This document shows, in pieces, positions 27,991-32,177 of a stretch of DNA of 32,177 nt. Location of the stretch: sequence record DRR378314_1160. One strand, 5' to 3'. The stretch's first letter is position 1. Every line of letters begins with the position of its first letter. The position numbers were made by a program, and so were the translations under genes. The notes under the pieces are model-generated. The model was not told the origin of the DNA. It was given only the letters and a program-made list of their open reading frames with translations, and ran no database searches.

Positions 27991-28078
27991 CAGATCCCTC
28001 CGGTATTGCGCGAAATTCGAATTCACGATATGAAAAACTCAAACACCTGACAAGGAACGATATTTCTGGTCACTTCCA

Positions 28079-28088
28079 TTTTCGAAAA
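28079..28088. promoter_or_regulatory. AT-rich palindrome TTTTCGAAAA in the bhcR-bhcA intergenic region (candidate BhcR site)
   Basis: Perfect 10-bp palindrome in an unusually AT-rich divergent promoter region. Confidence 0.3.
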
Positions 28089-28158
28089 ACGATTTCAAAA
28101 AAATTTCACTCGATGCCTCCCCTGCCTATGCTGAATTTCAGACGGAAGGAGACATTCC

Positions 28159-29349
28159 ATGAGCTTTCAAAACCCCGTATTCATCCCGGGTCCGACCAAC
28201 ATCCCCGAGAGCCTGCGCAAGGCCTGCGACATGCCGACGATCGATCACCGCTCGCCGCTGTTCGGGCAGATCCTGCATCCAGCCCGCGAAGGTGTGCGCA
28301 AGGTTCTGAAAAGCACCTCCGCCGAAGTTTTCATCTTCCCCTCCTCCGGCACCGGCGGCTGGGAAACCGCGCTGAGCAACACGCTCTCGGCGGGCGATAC
28401 CGTGCTTGCGGCGCGCAACGGCATGTTCAGCCACCGCTGGATCGACATGTGCCAGCGCCACGGGCTCGACGTGCAGATCGTCGAGACCCCCTGGGGCGCG
28501 GGCCTGCCCGCCGACCGCTATGAAGAGATCCTGAGCGCCGACAAGGGCCACAAGATCAAGGCGATCCTGGCCACCCACAACGAGACTGCCACGGGCGTGA
28601 AATCCGACATTGCCGCGGTGCGCCGCGCGTTGGATGCCGCTGGCCACCCGGCGCTGCTGTTTGTTGATGGCGTCAGCTCCATTGCATCAATGGATTTCCG
28701 CATGGACGAATGGGGCGTCGACGTGGCCGTCACCGGTTCGCAAAAGGGCTTCATGCTGAGCGCTGGCCTCGCCATCGTCGGCTTCAGCCCCAAGGCGATG
28801 GAGGCGACCAAGACCGCCCAGCTGCCGCGCACCTTCTTTGACGTGCATGACATGGCCAAGGGCTATGCCAACAACGCCTATCCCTACACGCCTGCCGTGG
28901 GCCTGATGAACGGGCTCAATGAATCCTGCAAGATGCTGCTGGCTGAGGGGCTGGAGAACGTCTTTGCCCGCCACCACCGCATCGCCGAAGGGGTGCGTGC
29001 CGCCGTGGGCGCCTGGGGGCTGGAGCTCTGTGCCGCGTCGCCGGAGGTCTATTCAGATACCGTCAGCGCCATCCGCACGCCCGAAGGGTTCAACGCCACC
29101 GATATCGTCACCCATGCCGCCGACAAATACGGCGTCGCCTTTGGTGTGGGGCTGGGCGAGGTCGCAGGCAAGGTGTTCCGCATCGGCCACCTCGGCAGCC
29201 TGACCGATGTGATGGCGCTCTCCGGCATTGCCACCGCCGAGATGTGCATGGTCGACCTCGGCCTTGATATCCGGCTCGGCTCCGGTGTTGCGGCGGCGCA
29301 GGACTATTATCGCGGCAATGCGGCCTCAGCGCAGCAGGATGCCGCGTGA
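28159..29349 (+). CDS. bhcA: Aspartate--glyoxylate aminotransferase (class V PLP)
   Basis: FIPGPTN, SGTGGWE, HNETATG, DGVSS, GSQKG (PLP Lys), FRIGHLG. First gene of a bhcABCD order. Confidence 0.92.
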   Translation: MSFQNPVFIPGPTNIPESLRKACDMPTIDHRSPLFGQILHPAREGVRKVLKSTSAEVFIFPSSGTGGWETALSNTLSAGDTVLAARNGMFSHRWIDMCQRHGLDVQIVETPWGAGLPADRYEEILSADKGHKIKAILATHNETATGVKSDIAAVRRALDAAGHPALLFVDGVSSIASMDFRMDEWGVDVAVTGSQKGFMLSAGLAIVGFSPKAMEATKTAQLPRTFFDVHDMAKGYANNAYPYTPAVGLMNGLNESCKMLLAEGLENVFARHHRIAEGVRAAVGAWGLELCAASPEVYSDTVSAIRTPEGFNATDIVTHAADKYGVAFGVGLGEVAGKVFRIGHLGSLTDVMALSGIATAEMCMVDLGLDIRLGSGVAAAQDYYRGNAASAQQDAA

Positions 29350-30314
29350 TGAAGGACAGCGCCATGTATATCCCCACCTATGAGGACATGCTGGCGGCGC
29401 ATGAGCGGATTGCCCCGCACATCCGCCGCACGCCGATCCGCACCTCGGCCTATCTGAACGAGCTGACCGGGGCGGAGCTGTTCTTCAAGTGTGAGAACTT
29501 TCAGGAACCGGGCGCCTTCAAGGTGCGCGGCGCCAGCAACGCGGTGTTTGGTCTGGATGAGGCGCAGGCGGCCAAGGGCGTGGCGACGCATTCCAGCGGC
29601 AATCATGCCTCCTGCCTGTCCTATGCGGCGATGCTGCGCGGCATTCCCTGCAACGTGGTGATGCCGCGCACCGCGCCGCAAGCCAAGAAGGACACTGTGC
29701 GCCGCTATGGTGGCAAGATCACCGAATGCGATCCCTCCACCTCGTCGCGCGAGGAGACCTTTGCCCGCGTGCAGGCCGAGACCGGCGGTGATTTTGTGCA
29801 TCCCTACAATGACCCGCGTGTGATCGCGGGCCAGGGCACCTGCGCGAAGGAGTTCGTGGAACAGACCGATGGGCTTGATTTTGTGCTCGCTCCGATCGGC
29901 GGCGGCGGCATGATCTCCGGCACCTGCCTGACCCTGTCGACGCTGGCGCCCGAGACCAAGATCATCGCGGCGGAGCCTGAGCAGGCCGATGACGCCTACC
30001 GCAGCTTCAAGGCGGGCCACATCATCGCCGATGATGCGCCCAAGACCATCGCCGACGGGCTTCTGGTGCCGCTTAAGGATCTGACCTGGCATTTTGTGTC
30101 GAACCATGTGTCCGACATCTTCACCGCCTCCGATCCCGAGATCATCGACGCGATGAAGCTGATCTGGAAGCACCTGCGCGTGGTGATGGAGCCCTCCTCT
30201 GCTGTGCCCCTCGCCACCATCCTGAAAAACCCCGATGCGTTCAAAGGCAAACGCGTCGGCATCATCATCACCGGCGGCAATGTCGACCTCGACAAACTGC
30301 CCTGGACCCTGTGA
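29349..30314 (+). CDS. bhcB: beta-hydroxyaspartate dehydratase (serine racemase/threonine dehydratase family)
   Basis: KCENFQEPGAFKVRGA, HSSGNHA, PIGGGGM, EPSSA, TGGNVD. Confidence 0.92.
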   Translation: MKDSAMYIPTYEDMLAAHERIAPHIRRTPIRTSAYLNELTGAELFFKCENFQEPGAFKVRGASNAVFGLDEAQAAKGVATHSSGNHASCLSYAAMLRGIPCNVVMPRTAPQAKKDTVRRYGGKITECDPSTSSREETFARVQAETGGDFVHPYNDPRVIAGQGTCAKEFVEQTDGLDFVLAPIGGGGMISGTCLTLSTLAPETKIIAAEPEQADDAYRSFKAGHIIADDAPKTIADGLLVPLKDLTWHFVSNHVSDIFTASDPEIIDAMKLIWKHLRVVMEPSSAVPLATILKNPDAFKGKRVGIIITGGNVDLDKLPWTL

Positions 30315-30337
30315 GACCCAGTAAGGGAGTGACCAAA

Positions 30338-31501
30338 ATGAATGCACCCGTGAATTTCGACAATCTCGAAGTTGGCTACGACGTCCCTGCCCTGCCCGGC
30401 ATGGACGAAGCCGACATCCAGACGCCCTGCCTGGTGCTGGATCTGGATGCGCTGGAGCGCAACATCAAGAAGATGGGCGACTATGCCAAGGCGCATGGCA
30501 TGCGGCATCGCGTGCACGGCAAGATGCACAAATCGGTGGATGTGGCAAAGCTACAGGAATCCCTAGGCGGCGCGGTCGGCGTCTGCTGTCAGAAAGTCTC
30601 CGAAGCCGAAGTCTTTGCCCGCGGTGGCATCAAGGACGTGCTGGTCTCCAACCAGGTGCGGGACTTGGCGAAGATCGACCGTCTGGCGCGGCTGCCGAAA
30701 CTGGGCGCGCGCACCATCGTCTGTGTCGATGACATCGCCAATGTCGCCGATCTGTCCGCCGGCGCGACCAAGCACGGCACCCAGATCGAGTGCTTTGTCG
30801 AAATCGACTGCGGCGCCGGGCGTTGCGGTGTCACCACGACCGAGGCGGTTGTAAAAATCGCGCAGGCCATCGACGCCGCCGACGGCCTGAAGTTCACCGG
30901 CATCCAGGCCTATCAGGGCGCCATGCAGCACATCGACAGCTATGAGGGCCGCAAAGAGAAACTCGACATCGCCATCGCGCAGGTGACCGAGGCCGTCGAG
31001 GCGCTGAAAGCTGCGGATCTGGAGCCCGAACTGGTCTCCGGCGGTGGCACCGGGTCTTACTACTTTGAGTCGAACTCAGGCGTTTTCAACGAGTTGCAGT
31101 GCGGCTCCTACGCCTTCATGGACGCGGATTATGGCCGCATCCTCGACAAGGACGGCAATCGCATCGACCAGGGGGAATGGGAAAACGCGTTCTTCATCCT
31201 GACCCAGGTGATGAGCCACGCAAAATCCGACAAGGCGATTGTTGACGCTGGCCTCAAGGCACAATCGGTGGACAGCGGGTTGCCGTTCATCTTTGGCCGC
31301 ACGGATGTGGAATACGTCAAATGCTCCGACGAGCATGGCGTGGTTGCCGACCCCGACGGCGTGCTCAAGGTCGGCGAAAAGCTGAAGCTGGTGCCGGGCC
31401 ACTGCGACCCCACCGCCAACGTGCACGATTGGTACGTCGGCGTGCGCGGCGGCAAGGTCGAGACCCTGTGGCCGGTGTCGGCCCGCGGCAAAGCCTACTG
31501 A
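30338..31501 (+). CDS. bhcC: beta-hydroxyaspartate aldolase (D-threonine aldolase family, fold III PLP)
   Basis: TPCLVLDLD, RVHGKMHK, GGGTG, ELQCGSY, DAGLK, SDEHG, PGHCDPT. Confidence 0.92.
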   Translation: MNAPVNFDNLEVGYDVPALPGMDEADIQTPCLVLDLDALERNIKKMGDYAKAHGMRHRVHGKMHKSVDVAKLQESLGGAVGVCCQKVSEAEVFARGGIKDVLVSNQVRDLAKIDRLARLPKLGARTIVCVDDIANVADLSAGATKHGTQIECFVEIDCGAGRCGVTTTEAVVKIAQAIDAADGLKFTGIQAYQGAMQHIDSYEGRKEKLDIAIAQVTEAVEALKAADLEPELVSGGGTGSYYFESNSGVFNELQCGSYAFMDADYGRILDKDGNRIDQGEWENAFFILTQVMSHAKSDKAIVDAGLKAQSVDSGLPFIFGRTDVEYVKCSDEHGVVADPDGVLKVGEKLKLVPGHCDPTANVHDWYVGVRGGKVETLWPVSARGKAY

Positions 31502-31516
31502 CGATCAACCCCGAAC

Positions 31517-31559
31517 TGGCGGAGGTGCGCATCGCCGCCCTCCGCCAACTTTTTATTTT
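31517..31559 (+). terminator. Intra-operonic intrinsic terminator-like hairpin after bhcC
   Basis: TGGCGGAGG...CCTCCGCCA stem followed by ACTTTTTATTTT. Confidence 0.6.
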
Positions 31560-31578
31560 GCCTCGCGGCCCCGACAAG

Positions 31579-31644
31579 CGGGTCGCGCCCAAGCCTCGAT
31601 GAGTGCGTCAGCGCCTTCTCGGGGGGAGGGTCGGGCGCGGCCCG
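31579..31644. repeat. REP-like imperfect inverted repeat in the bhcC-bhcD spacer
   Basis: Arms CGGGTCGCGCCCAAGCCTC (31579-31597) and GAGGGTCGGGCGCGGCCCG (31626-31644), complementary at 16 of 19 positions. Confidence 0.5.
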
Positions 31645-31679
31645 GGCATTCAGCCTGCGCCAGACGAATGGAGACACAG

Positions 31680-32177
31680 ATGTATATCGTACCCGAACGG
31701 GCGATTGCCGACCTGATGACCCGCAAGGCCGCCTTTGACGCGGTGGAGCAGGTCTTTGCCGCCATGGCCGCCGGTGATGCCTACAATTTTCCGGTGGTGC
31801 GCGAGGCCATCGGCCATGAAGACGCGCTCTATGGCTTCAAGGGCGGCTTTGACCGCGCGGGCTTGTCGCTGGGGCTGAAGGCCGGTGGCTACTGGCCCAA
31901 CAACCTGGAAAAGCGCAGGCTGATCAACCACCAGTCCACCGTCTTTCTGTTTGATCCCGACACCGGCAAGGTGCGCGCCATGGTGGGGGGCAATCTCTTG
32001 ACCGCTCTGCGCACCGCTGCCGCCTCCTCGGTCTCGATCAAGCATCTCGCGCGCGAGGACGCCAAGGTGATCGGCATGATCGGCGCAGGGCATCAGGCCA
32101 AGTTCCAGCTGCGCGCCGCGCTGGAGCAACGCGAATTTGACAAGGTGATCGGCTGGAACCTGCATCCCGAGATGCTG
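31680..32177 (+). CDS. bhcD: Iminosuccinate reductase (ornithine cyclodeaminase/mu-crystallin family), partial at window end
   Basis: Not in the ORF track (no stop in window). ATG at 31680 after GGAG reads MYIVPERAIADL...GLKAGGYWPNN...GNLLTALRTAAAS...GAGHQAKFQ. Confidence 0.9.
   Translation, partial: MYIVPERAIADLMTRKAAFDAVEQVFAAMAAGDAYNFPVVREAIGHEDALYGFKGGFDRAGLSLGLKAGGYWPNNLEKRRLINHQSTVFLFDPDTGKVRAMVGGNLLTALRTAAASSVSIKHLAREDAKVIGMIGAGHQAKFQLRAALEQREFDKVIGWNLHPEML

Noticed and set aside
29307-30347. 346-aa minus-strand ORF, and similarly 31650-32165
   Set aside because: Antisense shadows of bhcB and bhcD.
1-32177. CRISPR arrays, IS elements, prophage or defence genes
   Set aside because: No regularly spaced repeats and no transposase, integrase, phage or nuclease motifs were recognised by eye.

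Overview
GC-rich alphaproteobacterial DNA, most consistent with Rhodobacteraceae/Roseobacter group (inferred from the gene families). From left to right: 5' end of a tRNA-Ala, a TIGR02300 (FYDLN) gene, M48-like metallopeptidase, GntR regulator, a cold-shock/DUF982/small-protein cassette, a psd-pssA-pmtA phospholipid operon, an AraC-linked pentitol (ribitol-type) ABC uptake and catabolism cluster, a stressosome operon, a CHAP lipoprotein, a LysR with a divergent GMC oxidoreductase/enolase-superfamily pair, a PRC-barrel gene and an AI-2E transporter transcribed from twin divergent sigma-EcfG-type promoters, an uncharacterised membrane coiled-coil/ClpP-fold gene pair, and the beta-hydroxyaspartate cycle cluster bhcR-bhcABCD (bhcD truncated by the window edge). 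The standout is the stressosome operon: globin-STAS RsbR, RsbS, RsbT and RsbX, followed by a soluble histidine kinase whose only input module resembles the RsbT-binding RsbU N-terminal domain, then a stand-alone receiver. A perfect TTAA-N7-TTAA (CtrA-like) palindrome lies upstream. No CRISPR array, transposase or integrase was seen. All family calls come from reading motifs by eye, not from database searches.
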